A stretch of DNA of 54,306 nucleotides from Vicugna vicugna (GCA_013265495.1 MU058452.1:372001-426306), one strand, 5' to 3'; counted from the first letter of the stretch, positions 12,590-24,616 are shown. Numbers and translations are program-made. Notes: a model not told the origin generated them from the sequence alone.

Positions 12590-13200
12590 CACAGAAATGG
12601 GGAGGGGAGCGATTATTTGCTCAAGGTGTTTTTTTCCATCACCCCCCTTTTGGGGGTGGCCACATACACACCGCAGCCCCAGACAAAAGGATCGGGGCCG
12701 GTGTAGAGGCTTCGGAACTGGGGGCTGAGGAGGCGAGGGACGAGAGGCGCATGATTGATGGAGTTCTGGTTGGCTTATAAAGGGCAGCCGGGAGTGCAGA
12801 GAAATAATCAGGGAAAAGGGCGTCCCGTGCCGGCTTTCTCAGAGGGGCGAAATGAATCCTGCTCCTCTGCATTATTAAGTTGTCAGGCGGGCTGATGATG
12901 AAAATCTGAAGGTCAGGCATAACAAGAAGCACCTTATGGGGGGGTCGCGACCTTTCTGGAAGTGCTACACTCATGTTTATCTGCACCTAACCCTTATCCA
13001 CAATTCTTCATTTGATAAGAACATCGGGAGAGGGGGGAGGGGGAGGGATGTCTCCTCATATGTATAAGCAGTGAGTGAAATTAGGCTTCCCGTGAAACTG
13101 ATTGTGGAGGCTCAATTCACAGTGAAAGATAATAAACCAAAAGGACACACGAGGGATGCAGGCAGAAATTGTTCGCTACAGTGGAACTCAATAAAGGGAA
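12590..13200. promoter_or_regulatory. Candidate conserved enhancer/promoter-like element
   Basis: No recognisable repeat; GC- and CpG-enriched versus flanks; PBX-HOX site TGATTGATGG 12752-12761, TATAAAGG 12776-12783, TGTCA 12881-12885, G4 motif 13026-13047. Confidence 0.55.
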
Positions 13201-14526
13201 CTGAGAGCTTCCCTAAATGACAAATTTGGTATAGCGGTGCTAAAATCAGGACTCTCCCAGGGACCCTGGTGACAGAGCACCACTGTTTTATTTACTTTGG
13301 AGATCCTCATGGCATGGCGTGGCATGGGGGTGGGAGGGGCGGTGCTTTCTGGAGAATGTTTATTTCTTTATCTGCTTGTTTTAGATCAAAGACTCGAGGT
13401 GAAGGACAATCAGACAGAAACATTCTATTCGATTTGTATTTTTTGTTTGTTTCCAAACTGGAAGCGGAGCTGCGGTCCTCGTGCATCTTGTCTGCACGTG
13501 TCTGGGGTGAGAGTCTGTATTTTTTCCTTGAGAAAGTTCCTCTCCCAGGTGTTCTCCGTTTCTTGGGAACTGAGGCCATGCTTGGGATTCTCAGCTGGGA
13601 CTCAGGGACCCGAACCTCTGGCTGATCCCACGAATAAACACATCACTTGGAAAAATAACACTGGGACCATTCACAACCTGCAGTGCCAGCTTCTATTGAC
13701 ACTTCCAAATCTCCTTGTTTATCCCTGTCCGGAGAAGGAGCATTCTTCAGATTTCGATGCTTTGGCGGTTGTGTGTAAAAGACAGCATTTACAAAATCAT
13801 TTACTTCTAACGTGGAAGTATGTTTGAAATTGTACCAAAAGGGGAAATTTGGGGAAAATGAGGACAGAAATAATTTACCTATGGAATAAAAAGTGAATCG
13901 CTCTCAAAGTCAGTGAAGGACTTCAACCTTCCTGGAAAAGAATTCTCCAGTACATGGAAAGAGAGAACATGTTATCTCATGCTCTTAATATATATATTTT
14001 TTTCTTGTATCTCTTTTAAGGGGTAAAACTTGATTTTCAACACAGTACTTTGAGATGAGTTCATTGACAAAATAAGTAGGCTGTGACTCGAATGGATAAT
14101 ATTCAGCTTGGATTTACATTCTTTTATTTCCTAAGATTTATTTTTTAAATATTTTGGTCAGGTTCCTAAAGTTATCTCCATAAGCTACTTGCCAACTCAT
14201 ATGTACAGAAACATTATCCCGATAGATAAGCTACAGATAAACTAAGGAAAAAAATCCATTTTAGTATCTCTGGTCTATGTAGGAATAAAACTACAAGCTG
14301 TATGTATAACTTGACCTAGCCGTCACTCATATCCTATACATTTGAAGATCACATCTGTGATTTTGCCTCATGGGTACCTTCCCTGTGTGGCTGAGATGAA
14401 ATCACTACCTTCCTCTAGTGTCTGTATCTGCAATGTTTATTTAAAAGTTGGATTCATTCTATAAAAATAGCGTTGTGACATAAAGGGGGAAAGAGGAATA
14501 TTCAGCAGCAATATTACGCTCAAACA

Positions 14527-14627
14527 TTTTTCTTTTCTTTTCCATTTTTTTCTTTCTTCCTTTCTTTCCTTCCTCCTTCCTTCCTTCCTTCCTTCCTTCC
14601 TTCCTTTCTTCCTTCCTTCTTTCTTTT
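14527..14627 (+). repeat. (TTCC)n/(TTTC)n polypyrimidine microsatellite
   Basis: ~100 nt almost pure pyrimidine tract. Confidence 0.95.
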
Positions 14628-15574
14628 ATTTCCCAGAAGACAAGATAGGTTTATAATTGATTAACTCTCTGGTTTAGGCTACACTGACCCAAAAGTCAAG
14701 ATGAGAGAGAGAAAGACTAAGTGCGTTATCTCTAGGGTGGCTGCCATGACTGTCTAAACCAAGGATGCATTTACACACAGAGCAGAACAGGTACTGAGAG
14801 ATGCACCCACAGAAATAGTCACTGCACAATTGGTTTTCAGAGCTTCAAATACAAAATAATCCTTTTTGTTCTTTTGTCGGGTAAAGTGAGTGTGTCAACT
14901 GGAATGTATTTTATATAATATCAATCAAAAAACATTAACGTGATCTGTTTCTTGTTGAATCGAATCTTTGAAAAGTCATAGTTCAGTGTGCCACTAGCTC
15001 CATTTGTCAGAATATATTCATAAAATTAGCCAAGATGGTTTTAGGACTTAGGGTGAATTTTTGAATGACTTCATAAATCATCAACTACTCAGCTAAAACA
15101 TGACCACACAGAGTGTCTCAAATAATAACTGACCTTTTGTTACACAAGGAGTGAAAGTCAAATTTGGTTAATTTAAAATCTATGAATTTCTTCTGTAAAA
15201 AGTGGATTTGAACCTCCTTGCAATAAAAGATACATACGCATTTAGTGGTATTAGATCAAAACATCGACAAATAAAATTGAAGGTATTAAAAGTGACACCA
15301 GCTGATGATGTCACACTTTGAGAGTGTGAAAGCGGCCTCTGATTCTCACCTCTTGGCCTGTAGGTTTTTATTATGTGTCTCAGGCCTGTACTTTCTTGCT
15401 CTTACTACCTCATGTTTGGAGTAAGTTGACTGACCTTTGAGAAATTCCTTTGATAAGATTGTGTCTGTGGTTCTGGGGCCATGATTTTCAATTTCTCTAG
15501 GCTTGGGCCCCATTTCCTAGGACACTCAGAAGTTCATTTTAAAGCAGGTGACCCTGGAGTGGAAGGAAGGGGCC

Positions 15575-15705
15575 CGGTCTATCAAACTTTGGACTCAGGG
15601 TGTGTCCACGGATGAAGCTTCTTAGAGGTGCAGACTCTCAGACCCACTCACCCCAAATCTGCACTTTCAGATCAGAAGTGCTTCACAAACACATTCCAGT
15701 TTTGA
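15575..15705. mobile_element. MER5-like hAT DNA transposon fragment
   Basis: TCAAACTTTG...TGCAGACTCTCAGACCCAC...AAATCTGCACTTT resembles MER5. Confidence 0.4.
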
Positions 15706-17669
15706 TGGAAGTAGGTGCCACTTGGCATTTTGGGGGCATCATCTGACTTAGTCAAGGGCCAATCTACTCAATTATATGACAGTTTCAGGAGCGTGCTGCC
15801 TCCATTCTACGGTTCTCTCTAGGGACCCAAATTGACAAATGCATAAACATTCTCTGCTTTTCTTCCTCCTGACTGAGCAGAAAGCATCAGAGAAGAGTTG
15901 AGAAAATGCTGGGGAGAGTTCTTGCAGAAGCATAAATCCCTAGTGAAAAGGAGGGCCCCATTTCTCAGTAAAGTGATTCCAAAAGGTAACTAACAACCAA
16001 TCATCCAATAGCAAATACGTGTGCATCAGGTTAATTTTAAGTTGTAATGACAATAATAAAAACACAGACTTTTTTCTTTTTGCATCAGCTATGCCAAAAG
16101 AAAAGTGTATTCTATTCTGTCACCTTTTATTAGATGCATTTTTCTTTTCTCGCCTTTGCAGATGGCGAAAATTACTGCCTGTGTTTTTAAAGATACTGGG
16201 AAGTGAAGGCTGCCGCTCACAATACCCTTTATTTTATTTCCAACTCTGCAAGAAAACTCTACTGTGACTTTTTTCATTGCTGCCTTTCTTTTTTTTCTGT
16301 TATCTATTCTAAATTTCATAGGGCAATCGATTCAAATCCATTTTAAATCTCCATGGGCTGGAGCTTGGCATGCAAGTTGGTTGGCCAGGTGCAAGTTTCT
16401 CTTCAAAATATGACAAAAGTCATGGCTGAAATATAGAGCGGCAAAAATGTTGGCGAGTTTTGCCAAGCTGCAGCCAAACAAGGCTGACTGTTATTAGCAA
16501 GGGGCAGAGGGGCAAACGGAGGGGAGAGGACACGTGGGCCATGTGCCATTTGCATAATGATCAACCTAGCTCTTTTAGAAAAAGAACACGTTGCTACCGC
16601 TCATTCGTCTTTGAGATTTGAAAACATTTTTCCATTAAAAGATAATTCAGAGATCGAACAATGAAATAGGAGAGGTGAGCATGGAAAAAATTTCATGTTC
16701 CTAAGCCAGATAGTCAGTCCCCTAGGACTTCTATCCCAAAGACACCCCAAAATTCAGCTTCAGCCACCAAAGCATGAAGCCTCGCTGTGGCACGCACAGT
16801 TTATGTACCACTGAGCAGATGCTGCAAAATAAGGATGAAACAGTTGCTGGTTCGTCTTAGATAATCGCAGAAGATTAAGCAGTAGTTTCATTACAGTGTT
16901 TTTACTATGCATTATTTTTTACTAGGCTGCGTCCTTGGAAATAATGGGAATTGATTTCACAGATCTTTTGCATATTACTGATACTCAGTAATGTTGCCAA
17001 GTAAAACCTTTTCCATCCCGCCGTTGTGAAAAGGCACTAATTGGGGAAAAAGCAGGTTCCCCCATGGAAGGCTCTCTCCCGCAGATTTGAGGCTGAGAAG
17101 CAATTGAACCAGGAAAACTATACGTGGGCCTTTGTGGGTTAGCAGCTGTAGTTTTGTGTCCTGATTTAGCTGACCTACAATTCACACGCTCCCAGATCAC
17201 AGAGCATCCCGGCCGCGCTGCCCTTGGTTTCCCCTTCTTGGCCCTCAGCTTCCCCCTCCCACCACTGTATTTCTCCTGCTGGATAAAACACTTGGAAATG
17301 GGCTGCTGGTGGACGGGGAGGCCAGAAGATGAACACAGAGATAAAGATCACCAGTGTCTTCTGCAGTCAGACACAAACCTCAAAATGCATTGAATTGTTA
17401 CCTCTCCTTTGGGCCCCCTGGAGTACATTACCCCTCTACCTGGCCATTTCCCTGGCCAGCATACCTGCAAATGTCTCCTCTAGCAGACATGTTGAGAGAA
17501 GACAGACCTTCTTTCTCTCTCTCCAAAGTCGCCTCTCTCACTGATCGACTCGGCAATAACTACTTCCTTCCTCCCAGAAATAATTTTTATCAGCGGAAGC
17601 ATCTCTGATTTTTATCTCGAGGCTTCCTCTCTAAGTCAGTGGAAATTTCCTCTTGCTGGGAATGGGGGA

Positions 17670-17830
17670 TCATCAGTGCTGGGTAAAGAACAGTGAGAGG
17701 AAGCAGGCAATCTGGTCTCCAGTGCAGTGTCTTGTCACAAATTAGCTACAGGACTTAGGCAAGACATTGAACTTGGCTGGTAAACCTTGCTTCCTTCCTA
17801 TGACACTTTTTCTTCAGAGTGATGAAGGTC
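17670..17830 (+). mobile_element. MIR SINE
   Basis: TTAGCTACAGGACTTAGGCAAGACATTGAACTT resembles the MIR core. Confidence 0.55.
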
Positions 17831-18327
17831 ACAGTCATCTCCACCACCCTTACCTTTGAGGAGTTCTGTTATTAAAGTTAAACTCACGTCCTATAATTCA
17901 TTTCCATCACATTATCAACACTGCACGCAGGCCAGGATGTACTGAGCTGAAGACGTCAGGAAGAGGCTGGAAGCTTTACTCATTTGATCTGTCAAACTCT
18001 GAGAACAGGACATGGCAGAGTTTTGTTTTTGTTTTTGTTTTTGTTTTTTTTCCTTCCCCTTGGTATGTGCAAACACTTCAGCAGGGAAAGTTTAAATAAC
18101 ACACTAAAATGTTTTAGATGACGAGATTGGATGGATTCAGTTGCAACATTCTAGAGTGATTTTTAAATATAATTTGGGTGAGAGAAACCTGTTTCTGTAC
18201 ACTTCAAGGATAAAATGATCAGCACAGATCTGGAAGTATCTGTTGTTCCTTAAGGGTTTACAGGGAGTTCAAAGTCGACTGGTTCCATTCAAAGCCACAA
18301 CTGCAACAGCTCAGTAATAGCTCTGGA

Positions 18328-18640
18328 AATTTCCTCAAATGCGTTCCCTAAAATGCTAAGTCAGTGAGATGTTAGTAGTTATTCTAGACACACACATACA
18401 CACACAAAAGAGTAAGCTTTCTTGGTGAAAAACAGTTTGTGAGATCTGAGATGAAATAGACTTAAGCTGTTTTTTTGATTGCAGTACGTTCAGAGCTTTT
18501 TATCACGTGCATCATGAATCTCCTGCACAAAGACAGCCTTCACAGCATCTTTACAACGTACATGACCATTAACTCTTTGTGGGGAAACAACCAGTTAATA
18601 CCGTACTGAACCAGCGCACCTCAGAACCACACTGATAAAA
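18328..18640. mobile_element. Charlie4-like hAT DNA transposon
   Basis: GAGATGTTAGTAG...TGCAGTACGTTCAGAGCTTTT...TGAATCTCC...TGACCATTAACTCTTTG matches the recalled Charlie4/4a layout with degenerate inverted arms. Confidence 0.6.
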
Positions 18641-20329
18641 AATCAATCTGTTGAAATTAAGTAGAAATTGAGATCTCAGGGGACTCCTGGACATTACTTT
18701 AAATAGACAAGATGCAAACATGTTGGATAATGATTTTTAGGAGAACTCTTAGTTACTATTTTGTACATTGTCTTTCCTAGTAAGGAAAGACTCCACAGAT
18801 ACCTTGTGATGGACAGTTTTATGAGGTAAATAAAGATGGTGCATGCATTAACTTTTTGGCATAACTTCCTGTGAGTTATTACAGCATTCAGAGCCTGCCA
18901 TGGGGAAACCCCAGTATATCATTTCAACCGGATCACCCATTACCCATAGGTCAACCTAAATTTTCGTAATATCTAACGACTCTCCATTCGCCAAACCCAC
19001 CACCCCCCACATCCTGCCCTGTCTTCCGGTCCTGGCTCACTAAAAGCTTTCTTCTAAAAATTCCTTCACACTTATGGCCACTTTTTAAATCCTATTCTTT
19101 CTCTAAGAACCATTACAAATGCCAGGATGCTTCTGTTTATCTTCTTAAAAGTAATCTTTTCCTCTGGTTCTTAGAAGTTGGTCCTGCTCCTAGTACTGGA
19201 CACACGTTTCCTCATTTTATACTTCGCTCTTACTATTATTTTAATTCCGGTTTCGTAAGCGTTTTTCTAAGCTTGTTAGAGTGCTAAATTTGCATACAGG
19301 GTCTCATTCATGTGTAATCTATGCAATGATCAGTATTTATCTGTCTCCCCGGCACCACCCCACCCCCATCCCCATGGAATCATTCTTTAATAACAAAGGG
19401 GGTTTAGTGAAGTTTACTGAAATCAACGGACTGCACTGAAATTGATTTCAAATTTTGTGACTAAATATCTGAGATGAAAGTCTGCCGTCTTCCCAAGTTT
19501 CCTTTGCTTTGTTCAACGCCCTGGAGATGCCCTGCATTCACGTCTTGCTGTGCTCACTAATATGTTTCCTGTTGTTGATCTGAACAGTCGTTTAGCCCTG
19601 AGAGACCATGAGAAGTTATGAAAGAGATCTCCATCCAGCCTGCCACGTCCCTTTCGAGCACCAAAGATTTATTCCTAGTGTTGCAGGAACCCTTTTTGGA
19701 AAAGCAGTGTTCTCTGTTTGATCCCAAAGTTCCAGTGATGCCATCGCTGGGTTTATATTAACAGAGTAGAATGACCACTTCACTTCAGCTCACTTTTCTT
19801 GAGCACGTGGAATGTGCCAAGCCTTATGCAAGGCATCATGGGTACAGAGTTGAGACATCTTGGTGTAGTCTAATGATGAAAGCATATAAGTAAAGACATT
19901 ATTTCAACAAAATGAAAGAAGTTCTAAGACTGGGTGCTATGTAAGTTCAAAAAGAGGCATCATTTGCCCAAACGTGAGGTTTAAAAGCCGAAAGTAATCC
20001 TGATGTCCACCACCCTTGGACTTCTCTCCTGAGTTTTGTCTATGTTTATTTCTAAAATTAGGAGAATTAAGTTTTTGGCTTCTCACATCTTTTGCTGGAA
20101 AATTCCTATGCTGGTAAAATGCAATAATATCTCTTTAGTCCTGGAAGTCTGTCCTAAGTAATTTCTGTGTTACTGGCACCAGGATCTCCAACTGAAGGGG
20201 GCAAGAAGTTAGCTTCCCTTCAGCTGGAATCAATTTTTTCTACCCAAGTCCACTTACTAGAATTAAGCGTTTCGGAAGAAGCTCAATTTTGCTGGAAAAT
20301 CCAGAAAAGATTTTAGTTACAGCTCCACA

Positions 20330-20850
20330 TAATAAAGCAATTGTGTAATTAGTAATACATTTGTCACTCCTTTATGGAGTGGAGGGAAAAAAAAAGTAAC
20401 ACATGCATTGCGTTAGTGTAAATCCTGACAGTGGAGATTTTTTTTTTTTCCCCAGGGAATTATACCATTATACCATAAAAATGTCAAGGCACAAGTTTAC
20501 TGTTCCGACTAATATTCTAAAATATTCTCTTAGGCTGACATCTCTGTCAATTAAAATTAAACAAAATTGCATTCTGCCATCTACACTTCAAGGAGGAAGA
20601 TTTCGAGTTTATGACTGCTCTTTGAATTGATTTTTAAGATGGCATCTGTAAAACTTGGCTCGAACAAGATGAGGTGGGATGTATTTAAGGACCAGTCAAT
20701 TTAAAAAATGTTTTTAAAGATCATAAATTGACAGCCAGAATAGACTGCACATGTCTCCAGGTTTCTCAGCTATTAAAACCCATCCAGCGATTCTTTTGAA
20801 TTGAATGTTTGTCCTGACATAATTCAGTGCCAACGTGCTTCTGACTTGTT
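20330..20850. promoter_or_regulatory. Candidate HOX/CDX-MEIS (TALE) enhancer
   Basis: No recognisable repeat; six TGACA cores (20426, 20482, 20536, 20545, 20729, 20815) and three CATAAA/TTTATG sites (20474, 20608, 20722). Confidence 0.55.
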
Positions 20851-21649
20851 TTGGATTTCCAGTATTTTTACAGAGACGAACATAAACAAGGAAGCTTGTG
20901 AGGGCTGCTTCCAGTTACTCAACCCGCACAGATTTGGGAAAAGGCCTTCTCTGGGTGTTTCCCACAGAGGACCAGTGCGAACGTGCTTTCTCACGGGACT
21001 GTGGTTCTCAGGGAAGAGAGGCAAGAGCCGTGTGGACAGTGAACGCTTTTGGCAGGATGAGGCTGCCAATAAAGTCCTGGGGGAGATCACCCTCTGTGAT
21101 AGGAAGACGAGCAAAGTAAATCTCCGTTCCAATTCCTCTAAAAGGAATTTAAGAAGCTGTCTTTGGGCTCAGCCCTCTGATTGCCAAACCTTAATGTGCA
21201 GTGTTTTATGGGTGCATTTAAGGCAAGCATTATTTAATGATCCAGAGTTTCTTAGGGCCAGCGTACCTCCCTCATTCTTTGTTAAGCACCTTTTGGAAGC
21301 TCCATGTGCCTTTCCGGGTCACCTGGTTACCACTTAAGGGAAAGAGATAATATCCTAGGCAGCTTAAAAGGGTTTGTGCCCTTTCAAGCAAGCTGGAAAT
21401 GGTGTTCTGGCTTGGCTGCTGGGTTGAGCATCTGGGGGAGCGGGCAAGGGGGGGAGTTTTGCAACATTGGTGCTCCTCCTGGGTGGATGCTTTGTCTAGA
21501 CACAGAAGAAATGGTACTCCGGAAGAGGCAATAAGGATTGTGGGGAACTTTCTTCTTTGCTTTCAACTGAAGAGACTGGGCTGTTTAGGGACTCTCAGGT
21601 AAGAAGTATCTGGGTTTAATGCAAGAAGATGGCATCTTTCCCAAAGGTC

Positions 21650-21815
21650 ATCTATAAACTTCCATGAATTCTAAGGGAGCAGCCTCATGTCCAGTTTTTT
21701 TTTTCCCCACCTGCCAATTTCCCCATCCCTGGCATATAGCTAGCACATTGTATGGGCTTCATAAATATTTCTGAATATAAATATTATTTATTTTATAAAT
21801 GAATAAATGAATGGA
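21650..21815 (+). mobile_element. L2 3' end
   Basis: TAGCACATTGTATGGGCTTCATAAATATTTCTGAAT...GAATAAATGAATGGATG. Confidence 0.6.
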
Positions 21816-22193
21816 TGGGGACCCTGTGCCTCAGTTACTTAAACATTTCTGCCGTAGAAGTAGCCTTAAGAGAGACTCATGTAAGGACAAACTACCCAGG
21901 GGAGATCCACGCTGGGTCTCACGGAGACTCAAGGAGACCACAGGGGTCTATGACACTCTCTGGAGGAAAACCCAGGAGACAGACAGAGGCTGCTTTCACC
22001 CCTCTGGTTCTCACCCCCTTTCTTCTCCCTTTCAGTCTTGAACAGTCAGTAGCCGTGGTCCCCGTGTTTTCTCTCATTCTGCTCTTGTTGGGTTGAGGTG
22101 TGTCTTTAGAGGATGTCCTCTGCACGTCGCATGCCTGTATCACATGGCGGTCAGCAGTGGGACTGAGCTTAGGAGAGGCATGGAGATAAAAAG

Positions 22194-22557
22194 TGCCATA
22201 GACTGAACTGTCTCCCCACCCCAGAGTCATATGTTGAACCCTGATCCCCAACATTATGGGGTTAGGAGGTGGGATCTCTGGAAGGTGATTAGGTCATGAG
22301 GGTGGTGCCTTTGTGAATGAGATGAGTGCCCTTATAAAAGAGATCTCATGGACCACTCTTATTCCTTTTGCCATTTGAGGATATAATGAGAAGATGTGCG
22401 TCACTGAACCAGGAATCAGGTCCTTACCAGACACCCAATCTGCTGGTACCTAGATCCCAAACTTCTCAGCTTCCAAAACTCTGGGAACTTAATGTCTGTG
22501 GCTGAAGCCACCCTGACTATGGTATTTTTGTCATAGTAGCTTGAAATGACTAAAGCA
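22194..22557 (+). mobile_element. MaLR solo LTR (MLT1A/A0-type)
   Basis: TG...CA ends; GGTGATTAGGTCATGAGGGTGG, GTGCCCTTATAAAAGAGA, AAGCCACCC...TATGGTATTT...GACTAAAGCA. Confidence 0.9.
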
Positions 22558-22869
22558 TAAGGCAACTGTCCAGACATGGGCAGGGCAGGTAGGGTGGATG
22601 GAGCAAGGATCCCTCTTGAATCAAGTGGCCAAGGACCTCTCTGAAGTGTTCGGGGAATCACAGTGAAGGCAAGAAAATCCAACATCTGTTCTTAACCACA
22701 CTGCATGGTTGACCTGAAAGTTTGAATTATAGCACCTTCCCCCAGCCGCCCCTCAATCTGGAAATAATAAACAGGCTCATTTTTTTTAACATAAAACCAT
22801 GTTACACAAATACCTGGAATATCTGACATGGTAACACAGGGTCTATTTTAGTTGATTATTGACTCATTC

Positions 22870-23790
22870 CACTTTTTTTTTTCATTTGATAAATATTTAT
22901 TAGGCCCCTGCTATATGCAGAGGCACATTTCTAAGCATCCAGATACAGGCATGGAGAATGATAAAACTCTTTCTTATGGAAGTGACATTCCAGTGGGGAA
23001 TATGGATAATGAACAAAAGAAATAAATAAAATAAGTCAATACCTATGCATGTATGTGTGTGTATATATATACACACACACACACACACATATATATATAC
23101 ACACACATACATGAGTGTGTGAGTGAGTAAGCCTGTGTGTGTGTGTGTGTGTGTGTGTAAAATGTACTAGATAGTGAAAGTATCAGAGGAAAAAAAAAAC
23201 AGAGAAGGAGATAGAGAATGTGGGACAGTGGAGATGGGAGAGCCTGGGGGAGGTAGAAATATTTTCAAAGACTGTCAGAGGAAAATGTCCTAAAAAAGGT
23301 ACTCTTTGCATAAAGACCTGGAGAAAATAAGGGAGCAAATCTTGCAGATTTCTGGCAGAAGGGCCTCTCAACTAGAGCGAACAAAAACAGGAGCATCACT
23401 CGCATCTTTGAGAAACAACAAGAAGGCCGATGTGCCTGAACGGGAATTAGCAACCAGAAAAGAAGAGGGAAATGAGACCAGAGGGATTAAGGCTTTGTGA
23501 GTCATTGGAAGGACTCTGAGTCTAACCGGGAGTGAGATGAGAAACAACTGAAATATTCCAAGCAGAAGAGCTTCGTGATGAAATTTCTTATTTTAGAGGG
23601 CTCTGAGTTGCTGTGCTGAAAAGAGACTGAAGATGGACTAGGATGGAAGCAGGTAGACCCGTGAGTAGGCACTTGCACCAATCTGGGCAAAGATTCATAA
23701 TTTGGGAAAAAATATGCTTTATGTCTTCATAAGGGATGATGATGGTGATGATGATTGGAAAGTTAAGGAAATTAGAAGCAGATCCAGGAT
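22870..23790 (-). mobile_element. L2 LINE (long antisense fragment, microsatellite inside)
   Basis: CATTTGATAAATATTTATTAGGCCCCTGCTATATGCAGAGGCAC...CTTATGGAAGTGACATTCCAGTGGGGA and further L2 body motifs. Confidence 0.85.
23046..23158. repeat. Compound (TG)/(TA)/(CA) microsatellite containing a perfect 24-bp inverted repeat
   Basis: Arms 23048-23071 and 23090-23113 are exact reverse complements; (TG)n at ~23134-23158. Confidence 0.95.
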
Positions 23791-24012
23791 TAGAATAGCA
23801 ATCTCTCTTCTCACCCCTTCTATGGGCAAGTTTATCAAGGTCCAAGACTTTATTATCATCTTTGCATGATAATTCTTTAAATCTACAGGCCATGTCTTTT
23901 CTCTGAGTTCACATCTGTATATTCTACTGAGATGTCATGTCAGTTACTATATGTGTCAACTTGACTGGGCCATGGGTGCATGGATATTAGGTCAAGCATT
24001 ATTCTGGGTGTG

Positions 24013-24233
24013 ATTTTTGTATTATACTCCTGAGACTCTTGGGCATGGTTACCAAACAGTCCATTTATGCTTATTCCAGATGAGTTAGCAGAGACAGTTC
24101 CTTGGGACAGGGCTCTCTATGGAAATGCTTCTTATGTACAATTACTTACCTAATGAATTGAGGTTGATAACAAGACCCTCCTGTTAGATTTGTTTTAAAA
24201 TAAACTCATTTGATTTCCCAACAAAAATAAAAA
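24013..24233 (+). pseudogene. 5'-truncated retrocopy of a polyadenylated RNA 3' end (source unidentified)
   Basis: Non-LTR insert with AATAAA 24199-24204, A-rich tail 24220-24233 and TSD ATTATTCTGGGT(G/A)TG at 23998-24012 and 24235-24249. Confidence 0.75.
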
Positions 24234-24615
24234 TATTATTCTGGGTATGTCTATGAGGGGGTTTTTTAGATGAGATTAACATTGTAAAATTTATCGATAG
24301 GTTGAATATAGCAGATTGCCCTCTCGAATGTGGATGGGCCTCATTTAATCAGTTGAAGGCCTGAGTAGAACAAAGAGGCTGACTTTCCCACAAGTGAGAG
24401 GGAACTCCTCCTGCCTTTGAACTGGGATATCAAGGTTTTTTCCTTCTTTTGGACTTAAACTAAAATGTTTAGTCTTCCTGACTCTCGAGCCTACTGGCCT
24501 TGGGACTAAAACTATACCATTGGCTCTCTTGGGTCTCCAGTTTATCACCTCACACTGCAGATCTTTGGGCTTGTCAGCCTTTATAACTGGATGACCAGTT
24601 CCTTATAACAAATTT

Positions 24616-24616
<1 letters not shown>

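Noticed and set aside
11916..13827. Longer ORFs (171, 115, 118 and 176 aa) as genes
   Set aside because: No recognisable domain, noise-like composition, overlapping ORFs on both strands; consistent with chance in a locally GC-richer region
16450..16466. NFI palindrome
   Set aside because: The spacer is 7 nt; the canonical site is TTGGC-N5-GCCAA
20801..21337. 178-aa ORF, the longest in the window
   Set aside because: Starts at TTG, has no recognisable homology or exon structure, and overlaps other random ORFs
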